Positions 37,906 to 48,428 of a DNA stretch of 64,000 nucleotides are shown here, one piece after another (position 1 is the stretch's first letter; each line of letters opens with the position of its first letter). The DNA comes from Acidimicrobiales bacterium (GTDB taxonomy: Bacteria; Actinomycetota; Acidimicrobiia; Acidimicrobiales; RAAP-2). The translations under genes and the position numbers were made by a program. The DNA is taken from assembly GCA_035293965.1 (NCBI GenBank), contig DATGLW010000138.1:38908-102907 (forward strand). Reading direction: 5' to 3'. The notes under the pieces were generated by a model that saw only the letters and a program-made list of their open reading frames with translations, did not search any database and was not told the origin of the DNA.

Positions 37906-40815
37906 ATGAGCGTGTTCGCCCGCGTGCTCCGGGCCGGAGAGGGCAAAAAGGTCCGGCGCCTGGCGGAGCTGGTCCCGCTGATCAACGAGCTCGAGCCGGA
38001 GATGGAGGCGCTCGCCGACGACGAGCTCCGCCACAAGACCGTGGAGTTCCGCCAGCGGCTCGATGCCGGGGAGACGCTCGAGGACCTCCTGGTCGAGGCG
38101 TTCGCCGTCGTGCGCGAGGCCGCCTGGCGGGTGCTCGGCCAGCGCCATTTCGACGTGCAGCTGATGGGCGGCATGGCGCTGCACTTCGGCTGGATCGCCG
38201 AGATGAAGACCGGCGAGGGCAAGACGCTCGTCTCCACGCTGCCCGTCTATCTCAACGCCCTGCAGGGGCGGGGCGTGCACGTGGTGACGGTCAACGACTA
38301 CCTGGCGACCCGCGACGCCGAGTGGATGGGGCGCGTGTACCGCTGGCTGGGTCTGACCGTCGGACGTGTTGGCCCCGACGTGGCCGATCCCGCCGCCAAG
38401 CGTGAGGCGTACGCGGCCGACGTCACCTACGGCACCAACACGGAGTTCGGTTTCGACTACCTGCGCGACAACATGGCCCGGTCGCGCGACACGATGGTCC
38501 AGCGCGGTCACGTGTACGCCATCGTCGACGAGGTCGACTCCATCCTGATCGACGAAGCCCGGACGCCGCTCATCATCTCGGGCCCAGCCGACGAGGCGGC
38601 CCGCCTCTACTACCAGTTCGCCAGCATCGTGCGCACCTTGGACCGCGACGAGGACTACGAGGTCGACGAGGAGAAGCGGATCGTGGTGCCCACCGAGGCG
38701 GGCATCGAGAAGGTCGAGCGCGCGCTCGGCATCGACAATCTCTACGACGCGGTGGGCACCAACTACGTCCACCAGCTCGCACAGGCCCTGAGGGCCAAGG
38801 AGCTGTACCACCGCGACAAGGACTACCTCGTCGAGCAGGGCGAGGTGAAGATCATCGACGAGTTCACCGGGCGGACGCTCGAGGGCCGGCGGTGGTCCGA
38901 CGGGCTCCACCAGGCGGTCGAGGCGAAGGAACGGGTGCGGATCAAAGAGGAGAACCACACCTGGGCCACCGTCACCTTGCAGAACTACTTCCGCCTCTAC
39001 GAGAAGCTGGCCGGTATGACCGGCACCGCGGAGACGGAGGCGGCCGAGTTCGCCAGCACCTACCACCTGCCGGTCGTGCCGATCCCGACCAACATGCCGA
39101 TGATCCGGGCCGACGAGCCGGATCTCGTCTTCAAGTCCGAGGCGGCCAAGTTCAACGCCGTCGTCGAGGACATCGCGCAGCGCCACGAGCGCGGGCAGCC
39201 GGTGCTCGTGGGCACGGCGTCGGTGGCGAAGTCGGAGCTGCTCTCGCGCCTCCTCGACCAGCGTGGCATCCCCCACCAGGTGCTGAACGCGAAGCAGCAC
39301 TTCCGCGAGGCGGAGATCGTGGCCCAGGCGGGGCGCCTCGGCGCGGTGACGGTCGCCACCAACATGGCCGGCCGCGGGGTCGACATCATCCTCGGCGGCA
39401 ACGCCGAGCTGCTCGCCCTGCACGAAGCGCGGGCCCAGGGGCTCGACCCGGCCACCGAGGACGGCGCAGCGGCAGTGGCGAAGCTCCGCCAGGAGCTCGA
39501 GGACCTCTGCCGGGCCGAAGGCGAGAAGGTGCGCGAGCTCGGCGGCCTCTACGTGCTCGGCAGCGAGCGCCACGAGAGCAGGCGGATCGACAACCAGCTC
39601 CGCGGGCGCTCCGGCCGCCAGGGGGACCCGGGGGAGAGCCGCTTCTACCTCAGCCTCGAGGACGACCTGATGCGGCTGTTCGCAACCGGTGCCATGAACT
39701 GGGTCATGGGCCGCGCCATCCCCGAGGACGTGCCGATCGAGGCCAAGATGGTCACCAAGGCCATCGAGCGCGCCCAGAACACCGTCGAGGCGAGGAACTC
39801 CGAGATCCGCAAGGAGGTCCTCAAGTACGACGAGGTCATGAACGAGCAGCGCAAGATCATCTACGCCCGCCGGCTGCAGGTCATCGACGGCGAGGATCTC
39901 GACGAGTACACCCGCGAGCTGCTCCGCACGGTCCTCTCCACCCTGGTGTCGGCGTCGTGCCCGAGCGAGTACGCCGAAGAGTGGGACCTCGACCACCTCG
40001 TGGCCGAGGTCTCCCAGTACTACCCGACGCAGTTCACGGCCGACGACTTGGCCGAGGCGACGTCGGTGAGCCAGATCACCGACAGCATCGTGGCCGAGGC
40101 GCTCGAGTACTACGACCGCCGCTCCGAGGAGATGCCCGGGGGCACCGAGACCGCCCGGGCCATCGAGCGCGACGTGATGCTCCAGATCATCGACCAGCGG
40201 TGGCGCGACCACCTGGCGGAGATGGACTACCTGCGCGAGGGGATCAACCTGCGCGCCATGGGCCAGCAGGACCCGCTGGTGGCGTGGCAGCGCGAGGGCT
40301 TCAACATGTTCGGCCAGCTGATGGACGCCATCGACGACGACTACCTGCGCTACGTGCTGCACGTCGAGGCCCTCGTGGAGCCGGCGCCCGAGCCCGACCT
40401 GTCGCGGGCCGTCTACGAGGCGGCGGAGGACCCGGTCGCGGGCACCAGCCTGCTGGCCGCCGTGATGGCGGGGGACCGGGGGGCTGCGCTCGACGCGGTC
40501 AGCCAGCCGCTCGCTCTGGCACCCGGCCTGCTCGACGCACCGGCTGGGGCCACGCAGCCCGCCCGTGCGGGGAACGGCGCCCGTCCGAGCGCCGCCCCTG
40601 CAGACCGGGCGGGGCGTACCCAGGCGGGCGGCAGCGGCAAAGGGGCCGGGGCACCGGCGCGTGGCGGCGCGCCCAGCCGGGAGCCAGCGGCCGGCCGGGG
40701 TGCCCAGGCAGGCCAGGCAGGCCAGGCAGGCCAGGCAGGCCAGAAGCTCGGTCGCAACCAGCCGTGCTGGTGCGGCAGCGGCAAGAAGTACAAGCTCTGC
40801 CATGGCGCCTCCTGA
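37906..40815 (+). CDS. secA: preprotein translocase ATPase SecA
   Basis: 969 aa with the DEAD-like motor ([27 protein letters not shown]) and a C-terminal zinc finger ([14 protein letters not shown]). Confidence 0.96.
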   Translation: MSVFARVLRAGEGKKVRRLAELVPLINELEPEMEALADDELRHKTVEFRQRLDAGETLEDLLVEAFAVVREAAWRVLGQRHFDVQLMGGMALHFGWIAEMKTGEGKTLVSTLPVYLNALQGRGVHVVTVNDYLATRDAEWMGRVYRWLGLTVGRVGPDVADPAAKREAYAADVTYGTNTEFGFDYLRDNMARSRDTMVQRGHVYAIVDEVDSILIDEARTPLIISGPADEAARLYYQFASIVRTLDRDEDYEVDEEKRIVVPTEAGIEKVERALGIDNLYDAVGTNYVHQLAQALRAKELYHRDKDYLVEQGEVKIIDEFTGRTLEGRRWSDGLHQAVEAKERVRIKEENHTWATVTLQNYFRLYEKLAGMTGTAETEAAEFASTYHLPVVPIPTNMPMIRADEPDLVFKSEAAKFNAVVEDIAQRHERGQPVLVGTASVAKSELLSRLLDQRGIPHQVLNAKQHFREAEIVAQAGRLGAVTVATNMAGRGVDIILGGNAELLALHEARAQGLDPATEDGAAAVAKLRQELEDLCRAEGEKVRELGGLYVLGSERHESRRIDNQLRGRSGRQGDPGESRFYLSLEDDLMRLFATGAMNWVMGRAIPEDVPIEAKMVTKAIERAQNTVEARNSEIRKEVLKYDEVMNEQRKIIYARRLQVIDGEDLDEYTRELLRTVLSTLVSASCPSEYAEEWDLDHLVAEVSQYYPTQFTADDLAEATSVSQITDSIVAEALEYYDRRSEEMPGGTETARAIERDVMLQIIDQRWRDHLAEMDYLREGINLRAMGQQDPLVAWQREGFNMFGQLMDAIDDDYLRYVLHVEALVEPAPEPDLSRAVYEAAEDPVAGTSLLAAVMAGDRGAALDAVSQPLALAPGLLDAPAGATQPARAGNGARPSAAPADRAGRTQAGGSGKGAGAPARGGAPSREPAAGRGAQAGQAGQAGQAGQKLGRNQPCWCGSGKKYKLCHGAS

Positions 40816-41968
40816 CCGTGCCGCGGGGCTCGAGCCGCGTGATCTCGCCGGCGAGCTCGAGTCCCTCGCCACCCGGCTGAAGGAGGCCGAGGGCTACCTC
40901 GGGCTCGAGGACCTCCGCCGCCGCCACGGCGAGCTCGAGCAGGTGGCGGCGCGCCCGGACCTCTGGGAGGATCCCGGCCGGGCCCGCGCGGTCACCACCG
41001 AGCTCGGCCGGGTGGGCGACGACCTGGCGCGGCTGGTCAAGCTGCGCGCCGACCTCGAGGACGCCATGGTCCTGGGCGAGCTGTGCGACGAGGCGGCGGC
41101 CGCCGGCACGCCGGAGCCGGCGATGGAGCGCGAGCTGCGCCAGGCGGTCGACGACCTTGGCCGCCGCCTCGACGACCTCGAGCTGCAATCGCTGTTCACC
41201 GGCGACTACGACGACCGCGACGCGGTGGTCGAGGTGCACGCCGGGGCGGGTGGCACCGACGCACAGGACTGGGCCGAGATGCTGGTCCGCATGTACCGGC
41301 GGTGGGCGGAGCGCCGGGGGTTCTCGATCGAGATGGACGAGGCGACCGAGGGCCAGGAGGCGGGGCTGCTGTCGGCCACGTTCATCGTGAAGGGGCGCTT
41401 CGCCTACGGGTTGCTCTCGGCCGAGCGCGGCGTGCACCGCCTCGTGCGCATGTCGCCCTTCGATGCGCAGCACCGGCGCCAGACGAGCTTCGCGTCGATC
41501 GAGGTGGTCCCTTTCCTGGAGGACCTCACCGACGAGGTGGAGATCGACGAGAAGGACCTGCGCATCGACACCTACCGCTCGTCGGGCGCGGGCGGGCAGC
41601 ACGTCAACAAGACCGATTCGGCCGTGCGGATCACCCATCTGCCCACCAACACGGTGGTGGCGGTGCAGAACGAACGGAGCCAGCACCAGAACAAGGCCAA
41701 GGCAATGCAGATCCTGGCGGCGAAGCTGGCCGAGCGCAAGCGCGCCGAGCGCCAGGCCGAGCTCGAGTCGCTGAGCGGCGAGCGCACCGACACCTCGTGG
41801 GGCAACCAGATCCGCTCCTACGTGCTGGCCCCCTACCAGCAGGTGAAGGACCACCGGACCCAGGTCGAGACGGGCAACGTCGAGGCGGTGCTCGACGGCG
41901 ATCTCGACGCGTTCATGGAGGCCGAGCTGCACCGACGGCGCGAGCGCGGCACCCGCGCGACAGCCTGA
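40802..41968 (+). CDS. prfB: peptide chain release factor 2 (no programmed frameshift seen)
   Basis: Contains the SPF motif (RMSPFD) and the GGQ motif ([11 protein letters not shown]). A single ORF starts at an ATG that overlaps the last 14 nt of secA. Confidence 0.9.
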   Translation: MAPPDRAAGLEPRDLAGELESLATRLKEAEGYLGLEDLRRRHGELEQVAARPDLWEDPGRARAVTTELGRVGDDLARLVKLRADLEDAMVLGELCDEAAAAGTPEPAMERELRQAVDDLGRRLDDLELQSLFTGDYDDRDAVVEVHAGAGGTDAQDWAEMLVRMYRRWAERRGFSIEMDEATEGQEAGLLSATFIVKGRFAYGLLSAERGVHRLVRMSPFDAQHRRQTSFASIEVVPFLEDLTDEVEIDEKDLRIDTYRSSGAGGQHVNKTDSAVRITHLPTNTVVAVQNERSQHQNKAKAMQILAAKLAERKRAERQAELESLSGERTDTSWGNQIRSYVLAPYQQVKDHRTQVETGNVEAVLDGDLDAFMEAELHRRRERGTRATA

Positions 41969-42095
41969 CCAGGCGCCACGCCGTTCCCAGCGGGGCCCCT
42001 CCCGACGGGCTACGCTGTGGGGGACTTCGAGCTCGGCGGACCGCCCGGGCGACCGCGAACCGGCGTGCCCGGCGCTCGCTGCACGTGCATCCCTG

Positions 42096-42827
42096 ATGAT
42101 CCGCTTCGATCACGTCACCAAGACCTACAAGGGGACGACCGTCGCGCTCCGCGACGTGTCGGTGGAGATCGAGAAGGGGGAGTTCGTCTTCCTCGTCGGG
42201 TCATCGGGTTCGGGCAAGACCACGTTCATCCGCCTGCTCCTGCGCGAGGAGCTGCCTGACAGCGGCCGCATCTGGGAGGCCGGGCGCGACATCGTGCATC
42301 TCCCGAAGTGGCGGGTGCCCTACCTGCGGCGGAACATCGGCTGCGTCTTCCAGGACTTCCGCCTGCTGCCGAACAAGACCGTGTTCGAGAACGTGGCGTT
42401 CGCGCTCGAGGTGATCGGCCGGCCCAAGCACGTCGTGGCCTCGCAGGTGCCCCAGGTCCTCGAACTGGTGGGGCTGGCCAAGAAGGCCGGCAACCTGCCG
42501 AGCGAGCTGTCGGGGGGCGAGCAGCAGCGCGTCGCGGTGGCCCGCGCCTTCGTCAATCGCCCCCTGATCCTGCTGGCCGACGAGCCCACCGGGAACCTCG
42601 ACCCGACGACGAGCCAGGGGATCATGCAGCTGCTCGACCGGATCAACCGCACGGGCACGACGGTCGTGGTCGCGACGCACGACGAGGTGCTCGTGAACTG
42701 GATGCGCCGCCGCGTGATCGAGCTCGACCATGGGGTGCTCGTGCGTGACCAGCACCGCGGCGTCTACGGCATCGACGGCGCGGCCGGTGCCGCCGCGGCG
42801 TCGCCGGCTGCCGGGGGCCGCGCCTGA
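42096..42827 (+). CDS. ftsE: cell division ATP-binding protein FtsE
   Basis: Walker [13 protein letters not shown] signature LSGGEQQR, and Walker [10 protein letters not shown]. Confidence 0.93.
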   Translation: MIRFDHVTKTYKGTTVALRDVSVEIEKGEFVFLVGSSGSGKTTFIRLLLREELPDSGRIWEAGRDIVHLPKWRVPYLRRNIGCVFQDFRLLPNKTVFENVAFALEVIGRPKHVVASQVPQVLELVGLAKKAGNLPSELSGGEQQRVAVARAFVNRPLILLADEPTGNLDPTTSQGIMQLLDRINRTGTTVVVATHDEVLVNWMRRRVIELDHGVLVRDQHRGVYGIDGAAGAAAASPAAGGRA

Positions 42828-43714
42828 TGCCGGTCTCGCTCGACTACGTGGTCCGCGAGACGGGCGCCAACCTGTGGCGGAACCGTCTCATGACCATCGC
42901 CGCGATCCTCACCATGGCCGTGTCGCTCGCGCTCGTGGGGGCGGCGCTGCTGCTCAAGCAGGGCGCGGCCAAGGCCGAGGTCGTCTGGCAGCGCCAGACC
43001 CAGGTGACGGTGTGGATGGAGCCGGCGGCGTCCAAGGGCGAGATCGCCGCCGTGGCCGAAGAGCTCAAGCAGCTGCCCTACGTCCGCCACCCGTGCTCCT
43101 TCAAGGACAAGCGCCAGAACTACCAGCTGGCGCAGAAGCTGCTGACCCCCGAGGAGTGGAGCGTGCTCTCGGTGGGCCAGATGTACACGTCGTTCTCGTG
43201 CACACCCGTCCAGCCGACCGACGCCGGCGCGGTGATCAAGCGCTTCACCGGCCAGGAGGGCGTCCACCGGGTGACCGCGCCGCTGGCGCAGATCCACACC
43301 CAGCAGAAGGCGATCGACCTCATCCAGTGGATCTTCCTCATCGTGGCCCTCGTGCTGCTGCTGTCGGCCACGGTGCTCATCCTCAACACGATCCGCATGG
43401 CGATCTTCGCTCGACGCCGCGAGGTGTCGGTCATGAAGCTCGTCGGGGCGACCAACTGGTTCATCCGGATCCCCTTCATGTCCGAGGGGCTGATGCAAGG
43501 GCTGCTCGGGTCGGGTGTCGCGGCCCTGGCCGTGTACGCCCTCCATCTCGTGTTCAACCAGCTCGGGAACCCCGAGCACCCCCAGGCCCTGTTCACGCTC
43601 ATGCGCATGAGCGGGTGGGAGGTGTTCTGGACCGAAGCGGTCGTGGTGTCCGTGGGGGTGCTCATCGGCTCGGCCGGCTCCGCCCTGGCGATCCGCCGCT
43701 TCCTCGACGTCTGA
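42827..43714 (+). CDS. ftsX: cell division permease-like protein FtsX
   Basis: TGATG overlap with ftsE. N-terminus is RETGANLWRN, with four TM segments and an extracytoplasmic loop. Confidence 0.9.
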   Translation: MPVSLDYVVRETGANLWRNRLMTIAAILTMAVSLALVGAALLLKQGAAKAEVVWQRQTQVTVWMEPAASKGEIAAVAEELKQLPYVRHPCSFKDKRQNYQLAQKLLTPEEWSVLSVGQMYTSFSCTPVQPTDAGAVIKRFTGQEGVHRVTAPLAQIHTQQKAIDLIQWIFLIVALVLLLSATVLILNTIRMAIFARRREVSVMKLVGATNWFIRIPFMSEGLMQGLLGSGVAALAVYALHLVFNQLGNPEHPQALFTLMRMSGWEVFWTEAVVVSVGVLIGSAGSALAIRRFLDV

Positions 43715-43906
43715 CGAGCCGCTGCGGATCCGTTCCGTCGGCGTGACGCCGCTCGGGCGCCTGCCCGACGGCCGCGACGCACCCCCGTGCGCCCGAACCG
43801 ACGGCCGTACGCGCCCGCGCCCCCCGTGTGCGATCCCGGGCGCCCACGCGCGGACACGCCCACTCTTCTGCTCCCGAGCTGCCCGCGAGCCAGGCACCGC
43901 CGGGGG

Positions 43907-43936
43907 AGGTTCTGCGCCAGGTTCCGTGCAAGGTTC
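43907..43936 (+). promoter_or_regulatory. three AGGTTC hexamers at exact 12-bp spacing (candidate regulator binding site)
   Basis: aggttc occurs at 43907, 43919 and 43931, about 95 bp upstream of the SSB-like gene. Confidence 0.3.
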
Positions 43937-44031
43937 GATCGTCACGATGCCCGTCGGGCCCGGCGCCATTGCCGGCCGAGGCCCGGCGGCTGGCGAGCCG
44001 GCCGTGTCCACCGACACCGAGGAGCCGATCC

Positions 44032-44475
44032 ATGAGCAACAGCACGACGGTCACCGGGAACCTCACCCGCGACCCAGAGATCCGCTACACCCGTGAGGGC
44101 CAGGCCTCGACGTCCTTCGGCCTCGCCGTCAACCGGCGCTGGCAGGACCGCGAGACGCGCGAATGGGAGGAGGCGACGTCGTTCTTCGACGTGGTGTGCT
44201 GGCGCGAGCTCGCCGAGAACGTGGCCATGAGCCTGACCCGGGGCATGCGGGTGGTGGTGACCGGCCGGATCGAGCAGCGAACGTGGGAGACCGAGGACGG
44301 CGAGCGACGGTCGAAGGTGGAGATCGTCGCCGAGGAGATCGGGCCCAGCCTGCGGTTCGCCACCGCCGAGGTGCAGCGGACCGAGCGCCGCGGCGGCGAG
44401 CGGCCGCCTTCTGGTGAGGACGCTGGCGAGGAAGTGGGCGCGGTCGCCGGCGCTGGGGCGAGCGCCGAGCCATGA
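44032..44475 (+). CDS. ssb: single-stranded DNA-binding protein paralogue (no acidic C-terminal tip)
   Basis: OB-fold N-terminus (VTGNLTRDPEIRYTREGQASTSFGLAVNRRW...FFDVVCWRELAENV). The product ends ...GAGASAEP rather than D-D-(I/x)-P-F. GGAG lies 8 nt upstream of the ATG. Confidence 0.85.
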   Translation: MSNSTTVTGNLTRDPEIRYTREGQASTSFGLAVNRRWQDRETREWEEATSFFDVVCWRELAENVAMSLTRGMRVVVTGRIEQRTWETEDGERRSKVEIVAEEIGPSLRFATAEVQRTERRGGERPPSGEDAGEEVGAVAGAGASAEP

Positions 44476-44660
44476 GGGGCGTGCCGACCGCACGGGCCGC
44501 CGTCTTGCGCCCGGAGGTCCGCCTTGCCAAGGACGAGGCCATCGAGGTCTGTGCCGCCCTCGCCCTCGGCGAGGCCGTCCTGGCCGAGGCGGGGCGGGCG
44601 GCCGAGGCCGCCTACCTGGGGCGGGTGTTCGCCGTCGTGGAGGATCGCCTCGCGGGCTGA
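44472..44660 (+). CDS. hypothetical small protein (62 aa), translationally coupled to the SSB-like gene
   Basis: ATGA start/stop overlap with the SSB-like gene. GC3 is high in this frame and the sequence is predicted to be helical. I recognise no family. Confidence 0.45.
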   Translation: MRGVPTARAAVLRPEVRLAKDEAIEVCAALALGEAVLAEAGRAAEAAYLGRVFAVVEDRLAG

Positions 44661-44666
44661 CCCCGG

Positions 44667-44748
44667 GGCGACAGCCAGCCGGTCCGCGGGATCACGCGCG
44701 GTCACCCGGCGACAGCCAGCCGGTCCGCCCGATCACGCGCGGTCACCC
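44667..44748. repeat. tandem repeat, 41-bp unit x2
   Basis: ggcgacagccagccggtccgc..gatcacgcgcggtcaccc occurs at 44667-44707 and 44708-44748. The second copy contains the msrB stop codon and last codons. Confidence 0.85.
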
Positions 44749-45179
44749 GGCGGCGCCCCCGCAGGCCTGCTCTGGCGGTCGAAGCGCAGGGCGAGGGAGT
44801 TCACGCAGTAGCGCATGCCGGTCTCGGTCGGCCCGTCCGGGAAGAGGTGGCCGAGGTGCCCGCCGCAACGGGCACAGACGATCTCGGTACGCACCATGCC
44901 GTGGCTCGTGTCGAGGCGTTCCGCCACGCGGCCCTCGGCGGCCACCCGGTCGAAGCTCGGCCAGCCCGACCCTGAGTCGAACTTGTCCGCCGAGCGGAAC
45001 AGCTCGGCTCCGCACCCGGCGCACCGGAACGTGCCGTTGCCGTCGACGTGGAGGTACTCGCCCGACCACGGCGGCTCGGTTGCTTGGCGCCGGAGCACCT
45101 CGAACTGCGCCGGCGTGAGCCTCGACCGCCACTCCTCGTCGCTCAGCTGCACCTCGGGTCGAAGCTCAGGTCGTGCCAT
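44733..45179 (-). CDS. msrB: peptide-methionine (R)-S-oxide reductase
   Basis: Contains FRCAGCGAELF, GWPSF, CARCGGHLGHLF and RYCVNS. GGAGG lies upstream of the ATG. Confidence 0.92.
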   Translation of the reverse strand: MARPELRPEVQLSDEEWRSRLTPAQFEVLRRQATEPPWSGEYLHVDGNGTFRCAGCGAELFRSADKFDSGSGWPSFDRVAAEGRVAERLDTSHGMVRTEIVCARCGGHLGHLFPDGPTETGMRYCVNSLALRFDRQSRPAGAPPGDRA

Positions 45180-45227
45180 GCCCACCGCCTCCACTGGTCT
45201 GCCGTGTGCCCGTCCCCCCACCCTATG

Positions 45228-45269
45228 CCCGACCCGCCGGTGCCCCGGCCCGACCCGCCGGTGCCCCGG
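45228..45269. repeat. tandem repeat, 21-bp unit x2
   Basis: cccgacccgccggtgccccgg occurs twice in the msrB/rmlA divergent spacer. Confidence 0.85.
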
Positions 45270-45396
45270 CACCGCCCGTGGTCGTCGCCTCAGGGCGGGC
45301 GGGCCGGGGCCGCCGTCACCGGCACCTCGGGGCGGGTGAGGGTGACCTGGCGCGCCGTGCGTACCCGGGTCGTGCCCCGGTGCGCCGGGCGCGGTT

Positions 45397-45402
45397 TAGG
45401 GT
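45397..45402 (+). promoter_or_regulatory. -10-like hexamer TAGGGT, 8 nt before the ATG (leaderless-type)
   Basis: The sequence reads ggttTAGGGTatcgggcgATG, upstream of rmlA. Confidence 0.4.
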
Positions 45403-45410
45403 ATCGGGCG

Positions 45411-46154
45411 ATGAAGGGCATCCTGCTGGCGGGCGGGACCGGTTCCCGGCTCTACCCCCTGACCCGCATCACGAACAAGCACCTGCTGCCGATCTACGAC
45501 CGGCCCATGGTCCAGTGGGCCATCGAGGCCCTGGTCAACGCGGGCGTCACGGAGCTGATGCTGGTCACGGGCGGTACCCATGCCGGGGAGTTCCTCCGCC
45601 TGCTCGGCAACGGCCACGAGTTCGGCATCGACCGCCTCTGCTACGGCTACCAGGAGCGCCCCGGCGGCATCGCCGAGGCCCTGGGCTTGGCCGAGCGCTT
45701 CGCCGACGGCGAGCCGGTGGTGGTCATGCTGGCGGACAACGTGGTCGAGCGCTCCATCCGCCCGATGGTCGAGGCGTTCGAGGCTGCGCCCAGCGGCGCC
45801 CGGATCCTCCTCACCGAGGTGACGGAGCCCGAGCACCTCCGGCACCTCGGCGTGCCCGAGCTCGACGCCAACGGCCGGGTGGTCCGCATCCTCGAGAAGC
45901 CGGAGGACCCGCCCTCGAGCTACGGGGTGACGGGCATCTACTGCTACGACGCCGAGGTCTTCGAGGTCATCAGGTCCCTGCGCCCCTCGGGGCGCGGCGA
46001 GCTCGAGATCACCGACGTCAACAACCACTACGTGGCGACGGCCACGATGGCCTACGACGTGCTCCAGGGGTTCTGGGGCGACGCCGGCGAGTCGATCGAC
46101 GCCTACTACGCCGTCAACGACTTCGTGCGGGCCCACGGGGCCAACAAGGACTGA
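45411..46154 (+). CDS. rmlA: glucose-1-phosphate thymidylyltransferase (short form sugar nucleotidyltransferase)
   Basis: N-terminus is MKGILLAGGTGSRLYPLT...NKHLLPIYD. It also has GGIAEAL and EKP...PSSYGVTGIY. Confidence 0.88.
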   Translation: MKGILLAGGTGSRLYPLTRITNKHLLPIYDRPMVQWAIEALVNAGVTELMLVTGGTHAGEFLRLLGNGHEFGIDRLCYGYQERPGGIAEALGLAERFADGEPVVVMLADNVVERSIRPMVEAFEAAPSGARILLTEVTEPEHLRHLGVPELDANGRVVRILEKPEDPPSSYGVTGIYCYDAEVFEVIRSLRPSGRGELEITDVNNHYVATATMAYDVLQGFWGDAGESIDAYYAVNDFVRAHGANKD

Positions 46155-46242
46155 TTCACCGGCGGACGACTGATCTGCCCGGGCGGGGCCGACTGGCCAG
46201 CCGCGACACCGGCGACACAGGGGCGCAGGAACGGGCGGTCCA

Positions 46243-46299
46243 GGGAAGGGTCAGGCGCCCGGGGAAGGGTCAGGCGTCGGGGGAAGGGTCAGGCGTCGG
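46243..46299. repeat. tandem repeat, 19-bp unit x3
   Basis: gggaagggtcaggcg.. starts at 46243, 46262 and 46281. The third copy contains the dxs stop codon. Confidence 0.85.
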
Positions 46300-48367
46300 G
46301 GGGCGAGGCGGACACGACCGGCGAGCCCAGGGGGCGGGTGATGGCTGGCGCCCCGGTGCCGCTCGCCGGCGAGCCGGCGACCGGCGCGCCGAGCCCGAGC
46401 GCCTGGCGCACGGCTGCGGCGACGCCGGGCCCGTCGAGGCCCAGCTGCCTCAGGATGTCGTCGGCCCGGCCCTGGGCCAGGTAGGCGCGGGGCACGCCGA
46501 GCACCCGGGTGGCGGGCAGGTCGGCCGCGCCGTCGGCACCGGCACCCATGGCGTCGACGAGGAACATGCCGGCCCCACCCAGGCGGAAGCCGTCTTCGGC
46601 CGTGACGACCAGGCGGTGCCGGCGGGCGTCGGCCAGCATCGCAGGGTCTGGCGGGCTCACCACGCGGACGTCCCACACGGTGGCGAGGATCCCTGCGCCG
46701 GCGAGCTCGTCCGCTGCCGCCTCGCAGGCGGCCACGAGCTTGCCCACGCCGAGCAGGCACACCGAGCCGTCGCCTTCCCGAAGCCGGCGGGCCGACAGGC
46801 CCTGGCCCACCTGGTCGGGCGGCACGTGGCGGGCGGGGGTCTTGGGGAAGCGTATGGACGACGGCCCCGGGAGGTCGACGGCCTGGCGGAGCATGACGGC
46901 GACCTCCTCTGCCGAGGAGGGGGCGAACACGGTCATGCCGGGAATGGAGAGGCAGAGGGCGAGGTCGAGCAAGCCGTGGTGGCTCGGGCCGTCGTCGCCC
47001 GTGACGCCTGCTCGGTCGAGGACGACCACCACGGGCAGGCCGTGGAGCCCCACGTCGAGGTTGGCCTGGTCGAAGGCCCGGCAGAAGAACGTCGAGTAGA
47101 CGGCGACCACCGGGCGCAGCCCGCCCATGGCCATGCCGGCAGCTGAGGTGAGCTCGTGCTGCTCGGCGATGCCGACGTCGAAGAACCGCTGCGGGAAGCG
47201 GGCCTCGAAGGGGAGCAGCCCGGTAGGCCCCGGCATCGCCGCAGTGAGGGCCACCACCTCGGGCCGCTCCTCGGCCAGCTCGACCAGCGCCTGGCTGAAG
47301 GCCTCGGTGTAGGTGGCCACCTGCCCGCGCTCGTCGGGGGACCGGTCGGTCGCCGACGACTGGCCCCCCTGGTCGGAGGCGCCCCGAGCGCCGACCAGGG
47401 AGCCCACGGCGTGGCCGACGGTGTTGTCGCCGACGGAGGGCCGGACGGCCTTGACGTCGTGCAGGCGCTGGACCTTGTCGGCCTCGGCCGGACCGTAGCC
47501 GCGGCCCTTCTGGGTCAGGACGTGCACGACGATGGGCCCCGCCCACTCGGCGGCGTTGGCGAACGCCTGCTCCATCTGGGCCACGTCGTGGCCGTCGATC
47601 GGGCCCGCGTAGCGCACGCCCAGGGCCTCGAAGAACGTGTGGGGCGACACGAGCTCGCGAAGCGCGCTCGTGAGCCCGTGGACGCCGGAGTAGGCGAGCT
47701 CGCCCACCCCCGGCAGCTCGCGCAGCAGCATCCGCAGGCGCTCGCGTGTCTGGACGTAGGTGGGGTTGAGGCGGAGGCTGGTCAGGCTCTGCGACAGGTG
47801 CGACACGGTGGGTGCGTAGGAGCGGCCGTTGTCGTTGAGCACGACCACCACGCGCCGCCCGGAGTGGCCCAGGTTGTTGAGGGCCTCGTAGGCCATGCCG
47901 CCGGTCAGGGCGCCGTCGCCGACCACGGCCACCACGCGTCGGTCGCCGCCTCGCCCCGCCGCCGACCCCTGCAGCTCGAAGGCGCTCGCCAGGCCGTGCG
48001 CGTAGGACAGGACGGTCGACGCGTGGCTGTTCTCGATCCAGTCGTGCTCGGACTCCGCCCGGTTTGGATAGCCCGACAGCCCGCCGGCCTCGCGCAGGTG
48101 GCGGAACCCGTAGCGGCGGCCCGTCACCAGCTTGTGGACGTAGGCCTGGTGGCCCGTGTCCCACAGGATGGCGTCGCGCGGCGAGTGGAACACCCGGTGG
48201 AGCGCAAGGGTGAGCTCCACCACCCCGAGGTTCGAGCCGAGGTGGCCGCCGGTGCTCGTGACCGTGTCGACGATGAAGGCGCGGATCTCGGCGGCGAGGT
48301 CGCGCAACTGCTCGTAGCTGAGGGCGCGCAGGTCGGCCGGCGTCTCGATGCTTGGGAGGATGGTCAT
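46289..48367 (-). CDS. dxs: 1-deoxy-D-xylulose-5-phosphate synthase
   Basis: Contains GGHLGSNLGVVELTLALH, WDTGHQAYVHK, GDGALTGGMAYEALN and DRAGVTGDDGPSHHG. The start is ATG at 48367, with an alternative GTG at 48376. Confidence 0.93.
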   Translation of the reverse strand: MTILPSIETPADLRALSYEQLRDLAAEIRAFIVDTVTSTGGHLGSNLGVVELTLALHRVFHSPRDAILWDTGHQAYVHKLVTGRRYGFRHLREAGGLSGYPNRAESEHDWIENSHASTVLSYAHGLASAFELQGSAAGRGGDRRVVAVVGDGALTGGMAYEALNNLGHSGRRVVVVLNDNGRSYAPTVSHLSQSLTSLRLNPTYVQTRERLRMLLRELPGVGELAYSGVHGLTSALRELVSPHTFFEALGVRYAGPIDGHDVAQMEQAFANAAEWAGPIVVHVLTQKGRGYGPAEADKVQRLHDVKAVRPSVGDNTVGHAVGSLVGARGASDQGGQSSATDRSPDERGQVATYTEAFSQALVELAEERPEVVALTAAMPGPTGLLPFEARFPQRFFDVGIAEQHELTSAAGMAMGGLRPVVAVYSTFFCRAFDQANLDVGLHGLPVVVVLDRAGVTGDDGPSHHGLLDLALCLSIPGMTVFAPSSAEEVAVMLRQAVDLPGPSSIRFPKTPARHVPPDQVGQGLSARRLREGDGSVCLLGVGKLVAACEAAADELAGAGILATVWDVRVVSPPDPAMLADARRHRLVVTAEDGFRLGGAGMFLVDAMGAGADGAADLPATRVLGVPRAYLAQGRADDILRQLGLDGPGVAAAVRQALGLGAPVAGSPASGTGAPAITRPLGSPVVSASPPDA

Positions 48368-48428
48368 CGCTGCCACCCGCCCGTCGCCCGCCCGGGCCGC
48401 GGCGGTGAGCTTCGGTTCCGGTGGCCCC

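Noticed and set aside
40802-40900. Programmed +1 frameshift site in prfB
   Set aside because: The RF2 sequence is contained in a single ORF from the ATG at 40802. There is no early in-frame TGA with a CTT TGA C context. Frameshift-independent prfB is common in this phylum.
43715-44031. Expected smpB or tmRNA (ssrA) downstream of ftsEX
   Set aside because: There is no SmpB-like ORF. There is also no tmRNA hallmark, meaning no GGGG...GGUUUCGAC 5' end, no tRNA-like 3' end with CCA context and no tag reading frame. The gap holds only the AGGTTC repeats and the ssb ribosome-binding site.
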